Part shown: piece after piece, positions 53,947 through 62,632 of the stretch
How positions within the stretch are numbered: the first letter of the stretch is position 1
Layout: every line of letters starts with the position of its first letter
From: a virus
Strand: one strand, 5' to 3'
Length of the DNA: 64,000 bases
Virus record (IMG/VR): IMGVR_UViG_3300009151_000057
Span: 11,078-75,077 of that record
Notes under the pieces: generated by a model
The model's input: the letters and a program-made list of their open reading frames with translations, nothing else
Database searches by the model: none
What the model was told of the DNA's origin: nothing
Program-made: the position numbers and the translations under genes

Positions 53947-55083
53947 ATGAGCGCAGCAGCAGAAGATAAACTAATTACAGCAAAAATACGATTGATTTTA
54001 AATCAGCCGTTTTTTGGAAATATCGCTCCCAGATTAATTATGCAAGAGCGTAAAGATATCCCCGTTGCAGCAACGGACGGTATTCATTTCTTTTATAATT
54101 CTGAAGCTATTGAAAAATTAACTTGTGATGAATGCGTATGGTTAATGGCACATGAAGTCGGCCATGTAATCTTTTTCCATTTTGATAGAATGGGCGCTAG
54201 AAATAAAAACGCATGGAATTGTGCTGCTGATTACGCTATTAATTACATCTTAAAAAAGAATAGTATTGGAAAACCAATAAAAGATTGTTTGTATGATAAA
54301 AGATTCAGCGATATGAGTGCTGAACAAATTTATGATATAATTATAAAAGAACAAATTAATTTTGAAGATCTTGTTAAACAAGTCATAGATACTCATTTAC
54401 CTTTATCTCATGATGAAAATGGTAACGAAAGAACTCAGGAAGAAATTGAATCTTTAAGAAATGAAATCAAAGAAGCTATTATTTCTGCCGCTCAAAGTTG
54501 CGAAGCTGGAAAAGTTCCACTGGGAATCGAAAGATTAATAAATGGAATAACCAATCCAAAATTAGATTGGAAGGATATCATCAGACAATCAATTAAATCT
54601 TGTTTAAAATCAGATTTTACTTTTCAAAGACCTAATAAAAGATCTTTCCATACTGGAATTTATTTACCAAGCATGGATAGGGAGGATCAAGTTGAAATCG
54701 CCGTAGCGTTAGATATGTCGGGATCGATTGGTGATGACGCAGTTCAAGCATTTCTTTCTGAAATTAATGGAATAATAACTGATTTTAGTTCATGGAAGAT
54801 TAAAATTTGGAGCTTTGATTGTAAGATTTATAATTATAAAGAATACTCATCTGATTACGATAATGATGTTTTATCGTATAAACCAAAAGGTGGGGGCGGT
54901 ACACTATTCGAATGTAATTGGGAGCATATGAAAAATCTTGACATGAATCCTAAATTATTTATTGTGTTTACTGATATGTATCCTTGCGAAGGATGGGGAG
55001 ATCCAAATTATTGTGATACTTTATTTGTTTCTTATGGAACAAGGGGTGTGGAAGCGCCATTTGGAGAAACTGTTTATATTTAA
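53947..55083 (+). CDS. Metallopeptidase-VWA protein (DUF2201-like)
   Basis: AATDG, HEVGH, WNCAADYAIN, LDMSGS (MIDAS), GGGGT, FTD. Confidence 0.88.
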   Translation: MSAAAEDKLITAKIRLILNQPFFGNIAPRLIMQERKDIPVAATDGIHFFYNSEAIEKLTCDECVWLMAHEVGHVIFFHFDRMGARNKNAWNCAADYAINYILKKNSIGKPIKDCLYDKRFSDMSAEQIYDIIIKEQINFEDLVKQVIDTHLPLSHDENGNERTQEEIESLRNEIKEAIISAAQSCEAGKVPLGIERLINGITNPKLDWKDIIRQSIKSCLKSDFTFQRPNKRSFHTGIYLPSMDREDQVEIAVALDMSGSIGDDAVQAFLSEINGIITDFSSWKIKIWSFDCKIYNYKEYSSDYDNDVLSYKPKGGGGTLFECNWEHMKNLDMNPKLFIVFTDMYPCEGWGDPNYCDTLFVSYGTRGVEAPFGETVYI

Positions 55084-55084
55084 T

Positions 55085-55456
55085 ATGACTCTTTATAAAA
55101 AGGAAGGTAGAAGATATGTGCCAGTACATGATACAGAGGGTTATTATGGCCTTGACAATGGGTGTTGGCTAGTTCAGGTAGATAAGGGCTGTACATCTAT
55201 TAGAAAAGCTGTAGAGCCAAATATGGCGGCTCTTAAGTTTGCCACTTTAATTAAATCAAGAAAAATTTGCGATTATCTTTCTGAAGTTAGTAAAGCTCGA
55301 CCACATAGTACAAAATTAACAAAAAAACAGTTGCAAATCTTTAAGATGTTTGATAATCTACCAACTAAGGATAAGTTACTTTATTGGCAGTATGATTCCT
55401 TACAAGATATGGCTGAAAATATAATTAAATTAATTCTAGATGAAAAAACGAACTAA
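55085..55456 (+). CDS. Hypothetical protein
   Basis: ATG in a TAATATG junction; MTLYKKEGRRYVPV. Confidence 0.65.
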   Translation: MTLYKKEGRRYVPVHDTEGYYGLDNGCWLVQVDKGCTSIRKAVEPNMAALKFATLIKSRKICDYLSEVSKARPHSTKLTKKQLQIFKMFDNLPTKDKLLYWQYDSLQDMAENIIKLILDEKTN

Positions 55457-55652
55457 TGATAGTATCCGAGAGGAAATAGATAAAATGTCACTTGAAGAAG
55501 TGAAGCAGCACGCATTCGCTTATTTAAGGATTAAAGAACATATCTGGAGAGAATTTGAAAAATCTATTTCTGAAAATAGAACTAGAGAAAAACTTAGATT
55601 AAAAGTCGCACAAAAACACATATCCTTCTGGTTTAACGAATACTTAAAATGA
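55440..55652 (+). CDS. Hypothetical protein
   Basis: 70-aa overlapping ORF. Confidence 0.6.
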   Translation: MKKRTNDSIREEIDKMSLEEVKQHAFAYLRIKEHIWREFEKSISENRTREKLRLKVAQKHISFWFNEYLK

Positions 55653-55918
55653 AATACACTAACATCGATCAAATAGTTTTAGACACAATCAATCGCTTTC
55701 TTAAAGAAGATAAGAAATGTGATATCGTAGCAACTCCAGAATCAATTTTAGTTGAAGACTTAGATATTGATTCGCTCGATACAATTGAATTAGGTCTTCA
55801 AGTAGAAGAAGAATATCATATAGAAATGCCAATCGAAGAAATGATGGCAAGTAATTTAGTAACTGTTAACGATATTATAACTTTTGTAAAAAATTATCAT
55901 GATTCAAATGCTGAATAG
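55649..55918 (+). CDS. acpP: Acyl carrier protein
   Basis: Acidic 89 aa; EDLDIDSLDTIEL phosphopantetheine motif; VEEEYHIEMP; TVNDI. Confidence 0.85.
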   Translation: MKYTNIDQIVLDTINRFLKEDKKCDIVATPESILVEDLDIDSLDTIELGLQVEEEYHIEMPIEEMMASNLVTVNDIITFVKNYHDSNAE

Positions 55919-56051
55919 TTTTCTTAATGGATTCGATAGATTCCTTAGAAGACTCGCCGCCATAGTTATTGTTCTATTTATAATTCCCTTTTTATCTTTA
56001 GCGTATCTATTTGGAGTTTTTGATATAACATCTCAAAATGAGGATGAGTAA
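55899..56051 (+). CDS. Small membrane protein (not in ORF track)
   Basis: 50 aa with TM segment LAAIVIVLFIIPFLSLAYLFGV. Confidence 0.5.
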   Translation: MIQMLNSFLNGFDRFLRRLAAIVIVLFIIPFLSLAYLFGVFDITSQNEDE

Positions 56052-56241
56052 AATTATGAATGACGAAATACAGAATGACGATATAAAATATAGTAACTTA
56101 GATATAGATTTGAATGAGTTTGATAAAAACACATTAATTTATTTAATTATTTACGCACACGAAAACAATCTAACTTTCAACAAAGTAATCGAAACTATTT
56201 TAAAAGAATTTTTAAGTCGATATGATGACACAGCAGGATAA
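56038..56241 (+). CDS. Hypothetical protein
   Basis: AHENNLTFNKVIETIL, possibly ribbon-helix-helix-like. Confidence 0.6.
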   Translation: MRMSKIMNDEIQNDDIKYSNLDIDLNEFDKNTLIYLIIYAHENNLTFNKVIETILKEFLSRYDDTAG

Positions 56242-56833
56242 ACAATCTTTGGAAGATTTTGAAAAAGCTTATAAAAGAAAAATATCTTTTGCTATTTTAA
56301 AAGGTGGTAAACCACCACCTAGAAAAGGTCTTTTAAGAACCATTTGTTATTTAAGTGGTTTGGGTCAATGGTATTCCTGTGTTGGTAAAACAGGTCAAGG
56401 AAGAAAAGGTTACAATAGATATTGTCGTTTGGTATTAAATTTACCCACATTATCTGAAAAAAATCTTTTCCTTGATTTTTTTGAAGAATATATTAATAAA
56501 AATGTCGCTCCTTATCTTGGCGATTGTATTTTTAATTTTGACGAACTTCAGTTTGGTCATATTGGCATAGAATACAAATCTTCAGAAGTTAGATGGTATT
56601 TAATTGATTATGAATTAAATTTACTTTATAAAGAAAATTGCTACACTACATCAGCTAATGAATTTAGCGATGGATATACAAATGTACTAAGATTAAGACA
56701 AGATACGGAAAAAACATTAGCTTTAAATAATATTGTTGAAAATATGAGTCATATTCTAAAAATAACTGATTGCATAAACTTTCTTGAGAGTAATGGCTAT
56801 AATGTCGTACAGAAAAAAAACTTGATAAAATAA
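56222..56833 (+). CDS. Hypothetical protein
   Basis: 203-aa ORF. Confidence 0.65.
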   Translation: MMTQQDKQSLEDFEKAYKRKISFAILKGGKPPPRKGLLRTICYLSGLGQWYSCVGKTGQGRKGYNRYCRLVLNLPTLSEKNLFLDFFEEYINKNVAPYLGDCIFNFDELQFGHIGIEYKSSEVRWYLIDYELNLLYKENCYTTSANEFSDGYTNVLRLRQDTEKTLALNNIVENMSHILKITDCINFLESNGYNVVQKKNLIK

Positions 56834-56854
56834 AAACAAAATGTAAAATTTAAT

Positions 56855-57280
56855 ATGACTATAGTAATAGCCACAGGTGGATTTGATCCTATTCATTCGG
56901 GTCATATTAATTATTTAAATGAAGCTAAAAAATTAGGTAATATCCTATATGTCGGCCTTAATAGCGATGCATGGCTAACTCGCAAGAAAGGCAAAGCCTT
57001 CATGAATTGGGAGGAAAGAGCAGTTATTTTATCTAATTTAAAATCAGTAGATTATGTAACTGATTTTGAAGATTTTGATGGAACTGCTAAAGATGCAATC
57101 AGAATTGTAAGAAAGCAACATCCAACAGATAAAATTATTTTTGTTAACGGAGGAGATAGAACTAAAGAAAATATTCCAGAAATGGATATTCAAGATAATA
57201 ATTTAGAATTTATATTTGGCGTTGGAGGCGATTACAAACAAAATTCAAGTTCATGGATACTGAAGTCTTGGCAAAGTTAG
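56855..57280 (+). CDS. Cytidylyltransferase-like nucleotidyltransferase (RfaE domain II/TagD type)
   Basis: TGGFDPIHSGH (HIGH), GLNSD, RKKG, NGGDR, SSS. Confidence 0.88.
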   Translation: MTIVIATGGFDPIHSGHINYLNEAKKLGNILYVGLNSDAWLTRKKGKAFMNWEERAVILSNLKSVDYVTDFEDFDGTAKDAIRIVRKQHPTDKIIFVNGGDRTKENIPEMDIQDNNLEFIFGVGGDYKQNSSSWILKSWQS

Positions 57281-57570
57281 ATACGATTGAGATTCCATAT
57301 GAAACATATTGGAATATGTTGTTTGATTCTCTTTCTGAAAAGAAAAAAAATAAATTATTAGAAGAATGCGATGGTGATATAGATCATTGGCTCGACACAA
57401 AAGATGCTTATAGATATAGTTCTTTGTTTGACAATCGAATTGGAATCAAGTACTCTAGTAAAATCGCAGAGCAGTCTCCACCCTTAGATTACGAAGAAGA
57501 AAAAACAATAATTTTTCTTATAAAAGACAGAAAAAAAATACTTAAATATAGATTATTATATGGATTCTAA
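57253..57570 (+). CDS. Hypothetical protein, dispersed paralog family
   Basis: IGIKY...FLIKDRKKILKYRLLYGF. Confidence 0.65.
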   Translation: MDTEVLAKLDTIEIPYETYWNMLFDSLSEKKKNKLLEECDGDIDHWLDTKDAYRYSSLFDNRIGIKYSSKIAEQSPPLDYEEEKTIIFLIKDRKKILKYRLLYGF

Positions 57571-57754
57571 TAAAGAAATAATGTGTTTTAGAAGCGGAAC
57601 AAAAAGAGTCGCAAAACTTTGGGGTCAAAGAGTTTTTTGGTCGGGAGATATGATTGATGTATGCAGTATTTGTGGATTAGATATTTGGACTGTTGACTTT
57701 GAAAAATTTCATGATACCTTAATTCAGACAGAGTTAGAAAACTTAAATGCATAA
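57560..57754 (+). CDS. Hypothetical protein
   Basis: 64-aa overlapping ORF. Confidence 0.55.
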   Translation: MDSNKEIMCFRSGTKRVAKLWGQRVFWSGDMIDVCSICGLDIWTVDFEKFHDTLIQTELENLNA

Positions 57755-57959
57755 CCTTTACTTATTAAACGAAATGATTGAATTTATTGAACATCGTTGG
57801 AGCAAAGATCCAATTTGTCCACACTGTGGACACGAACAAAAAAAGAGCTTTATTTTTAAAGCTACAACTCCGCATTTAGATTCAGATTGCGATAATTGTA
57901 GAAAAGAATTTAGACTATGGGAGGAAATCGACTGTAGTTATAGTACGGAAAAGTTATGA
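57747..57959 (+). CDS. Small Zn-ribbon protein
   Basis: CPHCG...CDNCRKEF...YST; similar to 62633-62854. Confidence 0.65.
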   Translation: MHNLYLLNEMIEFIEHRWSKDPICPHCGHEQKKSFIFKATTPHLDSDCDNCRKEFRLWEEIDCSYSTEKL

Positions 57960-58120
57960 TGGGTTCATTATTCGCATTAATATCATATGGATGTGTTTTT
58001 GCGCTAATAGAAATATTAATTTCTGATGCCTTGCCAGTACATTTAAATCCTTTATTTAAAAATATCATTATAGGAATAATATATTTTTTATTAATTAAAT
58101 GGATACTGTTGTATTTATAG
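57956..58120 (+). CDS. Small two-TM protein (not in ORF track)
   Basis: 54 aa, MMGSLFALISYGCVFALIEIL...IIYFLLIKWILLYL. Confidence 0.5.
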   Translation: MMGSLFALISYGCVFALIEILISDALPVHLNPLFKNIIIGIIYFLLIKWILLYL

Positions 58121-58335
58121 ATGCAAGAAAATACTGGTCTTTGACACATTTGGCTTGTGATGAAATACAAGAAGATCTCTGGTGGTTTTCAAGTTCAGAT
58201 GAATTAGATGCTATGTTTTTTGGCCTCAGAGAGTTTACCGATCCAAAAACCGTTAGCGAAAATCCACATTTAAAATCTTTTAAAGTGATAAATCCCAAGA
58301 AATATATTTGGGCCAAATTAAAATATAATATATAG
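58099..58335 (+). CDS. Hypothetical protein, dispersed paralog family
   Basis: FFGLRE...FKVINPKKYIWAKLKYNI. Confidence 0.7.
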   Translation: MDTVVFIDARKYWSLTHLACDEIQEDLWWFSSSDELDAMFFGLREFTDPKTVSENPHLKSFKVINPKKYIWAKLKYNI

Positions 58336-58336
58336 T

Positions 58337-59062
58337 ATGGTTATTTTTCAAGCTTTACCTTCAAGACTATTTCCAGTGGTAGTAAACGCTATCCTTCCAC
58401 ACTTGGGAGAAAAGCAAGTTCTTGAATTTCATTATCCTTATTATGTAAAAAGATATGAAGATTGGTTAAAGCCAGAAAATATTCTCAGAGGTTTACCTAG
58501 AGAATGCGTACATCAAAGATTTGATGGTTTTATGTATGGTGTTTTTGGTTCTCACCATTTAAATCTAAAAACTGAAGAAGATTTTGTTTGTACTTTGTTG
58601 CATCACCCAGTAGATCAAGTTTATGAATGTTTTGCATATTTATATTTCACTCATAAAACTTGTGGTCCGAGAACCGAAGAGAATGTAAGAAACAATCCTT
58701 GGGCTAGATATTTAGCAGAAATAGAAATTTTTAAAGATTTTGAAGATGTATCTTTGGAAAGGTTTGTAGATCTTGTATTAGAAGATTTTGATTTTTCATT
58801 TGAATACAAAGATATTCAGTATCTACCAATCCCAGAAAATATTTATGGATATGGTAGGACAAATTATTTTAATTATATTGGCAAATATACAGAATTAGAA
58901 CCCTTTTTTAAAAAACTAAGTATTGAATTAGGCGTTGATATACCGCCACCCAAAGATCAAAGAGCAAACGCCTTCAAAGGTGAATATTACAAAAGAGATC
59001 TTTTGGAAAAGAAATTTGAAAAACAAATTCATTATTATAATAATTTAATCACTTCTATTTAA
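58337..59062 (+). CDS. Sulfotransferase-fold protein (degenerate)
   Basis: TLLHHPVDQVYECFAY resembles RDPxDRxxSxY; SLERFV; FNYIGKYTEL. Confidence 0.5.
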   Translation: MVIFQALPSRLFPVVVNAILPHLGEKQVLEFHYPYYVKRYEDWLKPENILRGLPRECVHQRFDGFMYGVFGSHHLNLKTEEDFVCTLLHHPVDQVYECFAYLYFTHKTCGPRTEENVRNNPWARYLAEIEIFKDFEDVSLERFVDLVLEDFDFSFEYKDIQYLPIPENIYGYGRTNYFNYIGKYTELEPFFKKLSIELGVDIPPPKDQRANAFKGEYYKRDLLEKKFEKQIHYYNNLITSI

Positions 59063-59063
59063 T

Positions 59064-59357
59064 ATGAAGGTAAAAATAACTAAAATAGCTCAAGCTCCAG
59101 ATGCAAGATTTCAATCTGCAAAAATGGATCAATATGTACCTGGACAAATTAATGATAATTTATCGTTGCCAATAGAATATTGGTGCGAAGGTAATTTAAT
59201 AAGACCAATTGAAATTGGTCGCCCATTAGTTATAGCAAGAACGATTAGAAACGGTGTTGAAGCGACTGGAACAATGATTACTTCAGAAGTTACGTCAATA
59301 AAACACGATCAAATTACAACTAAAAATTCAATTTATAATATCGAGTATCTTGAATGA
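59064..59357 (+). CDS. Hypothetical protein
   Basis: 97 aa; TSEV...TKNSIY. Confidence 0.65.
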   Translation: MKVKITKIAQAPDARFQSAKMDQYVPGQINDNLSLPIEYWCEGNLIRPIEIGRPLVIARTIRNGVEATGTMITSEVTSIKHDQITTKNSIYNIEYLE

Positions 59358-60064
59358 AAAAAATAATTCAATTTTTGTTTTCTTTGTTTTTCTGTAAAGA
59401 GGTATTAGCCTCACAGAAGACCATTGGTATTTATCAACAATATCCGATAGCCGATCCACAATGCGTATCGGCAATGCAAACAATTCTTGAACCAAGATAT
59501 AAAACATTAATAATTAATCACGAAGAATTAAATGCTGCTATATTAAAACAAATAGATTGTATTGTTTTCCCTGGCGGCTTAGGAGATTCAGATAATTTTG
59601 ATAATTTTCTTCCAGAAAAAAAGAATTTAATTCAAAAATATGTTGCATCTGGTGGCAAATATGTAGGTGTTTGTATGGGCGCTTTCTTTGCTGGAAAGTA
59701 TTACTTTGATATCTTGGGTAATACAGATGCTGTACAATATGTAAAAAGAAAAAACGCAAACGTCTTTACTGAAGAACCAACAGTAGCAAATTGTTTTTGG
59801 CTGGGAAAAGAAATTGATATGTTCTTTTACGATGGCGCAGCATTCATTGGAGATCTAACAAAATATGAAATCGTTGCTAGATACAGAAATGGAGATCCAG
59901 CAGCAATAGTTAAGAGGTATAAGATGGGTATCGTGGCAGCAGTCGGCCCTCACCCAGAATCTTTGCGTTATTGGTATGATGAAATTAAAAAACAAAAACA
60001 TTGGCACAAAGGAAAACAACATACATTGTTGATTGAAATCTTTGATAATATTTTTAATGAGTGA
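59354..60064 (+). CDS. Class I glutamine-amidotransferase-like protein (BPL_N-type)
   Basis: VFPGG, GGKYVGVCMGAF, GPHPE triad. Confidence 0.8.
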   Translation: MKKIIQFLFSLFFCKEVLASQKTIGIYQQYPIADPQCVSAMQTILEPRYKTLIINHEELNAAILKQIDCIVFPGGLGDSDNFDNFLPEKKNLIQKYVASGGKYVGVCMGAFFAGKYYFDILGNTDAVQYVKRKNANVFTEEPTVANCFWLGKEIDMFFYDGAAFIGDLTKYEIVARYRNGDPAAIVKRYKMGIVAAVGPHPESLRYWYDEIKKQKHWHKGKQHTLLIEIFDNIFNE

Positions 60065-60293
60065 AGAAGCGTTAATCGATACTGATGTTTTTTGGTCGTA
60101 TGCTAAAGTAGTTTATCCGATGGAGGCTAATTGGCATTTGCTAGATCACCGTATACAAAAAATAACCAAAAAAGAAATTGGATTAGAATTTATCGAAACT
60201 GCATTTAAACCAGAATCGCAAGATATTGAATTTAGATTTAAAATAGTCGATAGAAAAAAGTACGCATTTGCAAAAATTAAGTACGGAATTTAA
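60057..60293 (+). CDS. Hypothetical protein, dispersed paralog family
   Basis: IGLEF...FKIVDRKKYAFAKIKYGI. Confidence 0.7.
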   Translation: MSEEALIDTDVFWSYAKVVYPMEANWHLLDHRIQKITKKEIGLEFIETAFKPESQDIEFRFKIVDRKKYAFAKIKYGI

Positions 60294-60302
60294 TTTTGCC
60301 CC

Positions 60303-60331
60303 TTGACAAAGGGACTTTTTTGCTATAAATT
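60303..60331 (+). promoter_or_regulatory. Sigma70-like promoter
   Basis: TTGACA 35 nt before ATG 60338, with a TATAAATT -10 region. Confidence 0.6.
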
Positions 60332-60337
60332 TGCGCC

Positions 60338-60562
60338 ATGAGTACAACAAATATTGCCATCGTAAACGAATTCGTAATCGAAGCTGATGATTATCATGAG
60401 TTTCATGTAATGAAGAAAACACTAGAATCAACACTGGGACTAATTTATTCGTATAGAGAATTTCAAGTAGATCCCGAAACTAGACATTGTAAAGCTTATA
60501 AGGCTTGCTTTACCTTTAAGGGCATTCGTCATCCCGCGCAATACTCAGCAGATATTGAATAA
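60338..60562 (+). CDS. Hypothetical protein
   Basis: 74-aa ORF after a promoter. Confidence 0.6.
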   Translation: MSTTNIAIVNEFVIEADDYHEFHVMKKTLESTLGLIYSYREFQVDPETRHCKAYKACFTFKGIRHPAQYSADIE

Positions 60563-60815
60563 TATGAATAACAATACATATGTAACGCCTAAATGGGTTG
60601 TTTTAAATACATTGATCGAACCACCAGAATGGAATGTATTTGAAAATGCAGCAGAGATGAATCACTTTCTTAAAGAAAAAAGTTTAGAAGATTGGGATTA
60701 TACAAACACTTATAAAATTTTTGAAATTGAAGTTAAAAACATATTTAAATCTTCTGTGGCGGTTCATTTAGATAAAATTAAAGATAAAATTAAAGATGAA
60801 AACATTTCTTTCTGA
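60555..60815 (+). CDS. Hypothetical protein
   Basis: ~84-aa ORF. Confidence 0.6.
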   Translation: MNNMNNNTYVTPKWVVLNTLIEPPEWNVFENAAEMNHFLKEKSLEDWDYTNTYKIFEIEVKNIFKSSVAVHLDKIKDKIKDENISF

Positions 60816-60927
60816 TAGACCAATTTTAAGATATTCATTTCTCTTCTTAGGTTTAATTGTTGGATCTTTTACTGGTTGTGTTGCGGCTATTATTTTATTG
60901 GGAGTCATCTTCAAATGGATAAGTTAG
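60796..60927 (+). CDS. Small membrane protein (not in ORF track)
   Basis: 43 aa, largely hydrophobic. Confidence 0.45.
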   Translation: MKTFLSDRPILRYSFLFLGLIVGSFTGCVAAIILLGVIFKWIS

Positions 60928-60940
60928 AACTTTCTTATAA

Positions 60941-61066
60941 ATGAATGGAAAAGGATCTAAACCGCGTCCAATTAAAAACATTAAAAAATATATATCTAAT
61001 TGGGAGGAAATAAATTGGAAGAAAGACAGTACGTCTCAATCTCTTGGCCAAAAGCCAAAGAAGTAG
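60941..61066 (+). CDS. Small basic phage peptide (not in ORF track)
   Basis: MNGKGSKPRPIKNIKKYISNWEEINW... Confidence 0.5.
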   Translation: MNGKGSKPRPIKNIKKYISNWEEINWKKDSTSQSLGQKPKK

Positions 61067-61239
61067 TAATGGCAATTGGTTGCTATTCTACAGCAAGCGA
61101 TCCAGTTGGTTTATTTGATTGGCCATTGATTGGATTAAAATTTATACCTCATGCTCAAGTTGGATATAAATGGAGATTTGAAATTATAGACAAAAAAAAG
61201 TTATCATATTTTATGATAAAGTATGGTTTTACATTATGA
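61000..61239 (+). CDS. Hypothetical protein, dispersed paralog family
   Basis: IGLKF...FEIIDKKKLSYFMIKYGF; TTG start (61000 or 61015) is uncertain. Confidence 0.65.
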   Translation: MGGNKLEERQYVSISWPKAKEVVMAIGCYSTASDPVGLFDWPLIGLKFIPHAQVGYKWRFEIIDKKKLSYFMIKYGFTL

Positions 61240-61811
61240 ATAATTACAACGAGATAGTTAAAGAATATCCAGAGCTATTTGAGTCAGATACTCCAAACGC
61301 ACCATTTCCAATGTTTGGATTTGAGTGCGGCATTGGTTGGTATCATATTATTGAAAATGCATGTCGTGTAATTTGCTCTAACTACAACAACGCAAAATGG
61401 TTATTGGGAATTACAGAAACTCAAATTGCTGATTACAAAGGGTATACCGAAAGAAGAAATAAATATAGCGAACAGAAGATGACTGAAGAAGAAGTTTTAA
61501 ATGAATTAAATTTAGAACGCTCAAAAAGAATTGAAGACATACAAAAAGAAAAAGATAGCCTTCCAAAAGTTATGCAGATAAAAGAAAAATTTGGAACTAT
61601 GCGCTTTTATCTTGGCAACTGTAACGAAGTTCATAACGCTATCACACAATACGCTGAAAATATGTCTTGCAGAACTTGTGAAGAATGTGGCAATGTCGGC
61701 AAGAATTATCGGATGAGATGGTTTCAAACCCTCTGTCCTCAACACGCAATAGAAAAGTACGGAAAGGAAGAAGTAGATGAATATGAAACAATGGCCCCAA
61801 ATCGGTTCTAA
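61236..61811 (+). CDS. Phage protein with C-terminal Zn-binding motif
   Basis: FECGIGW, QIKEKFGTMRFY, CEECG...TLCPQH. Confidence 0.75.
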   Translation: MNNYNEIVKEYPELFESDTPNAPFPMFGFECGIGWYHIIENACRVICSNYNNAKWLLGITETQIADYKGYTERRNKYSEQKMTEEEVLNELNLERSKRIEDIQKEKDSLPKVMQIKEKFGTMRFYLGNCNEVHNAITQYAENMSCRTCEECGNVGKNYRMRWFQTLCPQHAIEKYGKEEVDEYETMAPNRF

Positions 61812-62103
61812 AATTAAATTCAAAGGAACTCACATGTTCTGGTTCGTTAACATCGTTAAAGATGCCAACGAACTCTTGGAACTTGGTAAAGAATATACAA
61901 TTACCAAATTACAACTAGCTTCTAGTTGGTGCGGAGTAATTGTGCAGGAATTTCCAGAGCATAAATTTTCTTTAAGCTTTTTTGAATACGAAAAAGATTT
62001 GACAACCGAAGAAGCAATGAAGCTCGAAAAAGATGATTGGGATACTGTAAAGTACGAATTCAAAACTTTAGAAGAGCTTAAAAATAAAAAACATGAAACA
62101 TAA
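61777..62103 (+). CDS. Hypothetical protein
   Basis: 108-aa ORF. Confidence 0.65.
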   Translation: MNMKQWPQIGSKIKFKGTHMFWFVNIVKDANELLELGKEYTITKLQLASSWCGVIVQEFPEHKFSLSFFEYEKDLTTEEAMKLEKDDWDTVKYEFKTLEELKNKKHET

Positions 62104-62317
62104 AATTGGAATCAAATCTTATTCATATGAATGCGGCGATGGGTGCTGTAGTGAATGTGGCAACGAATACTATGTCAATGGAGAGTTTATCCATCGCAGT
62201 TCCTGCGATGAAGATGGATGGCTTGCCGTATTAACAGCATTAGGAATCCAAGCAGAAATTGTCGGACTAACTGAAGACAATGAAGAATTATGGGGTATAG
62301 ATAATTTTTATGAATAA
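62093..62317 (+). CDS. Small Cys-rich acidic protein
   Basis: YECGDGCCSECG. Confidence 0.65.
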   Translation: MKHKIGIKSYSYECGDGCCSECGNEYYVNGEFIHRSSCDEDGWLAVLTALGIQAEIVGLTEDNEELWGIDNFYE

Positions 62318-62328
62318 AAATATGATTT

Positions 62329-62631
62329 ATGTTTAATGAAGAAACTCATATTAAAAATCTATTGCGCTGGCTAGTTGCAGAAGTTAAATCAGCCAGTGGT
62401 GATGGTGATGCTATTTGGTACTCAAAGCATCAAACTATTGATGAACTTTTGCCATTTGTGGCAGAAATTAATAAAGAATTAAATTTAAAATGGACAATTA
62501 AAATCAATGAAACTCCAGATGGTTGCGCTTATCTGTCTTGGCACGACAATCAAGAATGTCTAATCATAACTAATAGCGAAAAGATGTGGAACGAAAGACC
62601 AAGCTGGAGTCAATGTTCAATTGATTGGTAA
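62329..62631 (+). CDS. Hypothetical protein
   Basis: 100-aa ORF. Confidence 0.65.
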   Translation: MFNEETHIKNLLRWLVAEVKSASGDGDAIWYSKHQTIDELLPFVAEINKELNLKWTIKINETPDGCAYLSWHDNQECLIITNSEKMWNERPSWSQCSIDW

Positions 62632-62632
62632 T

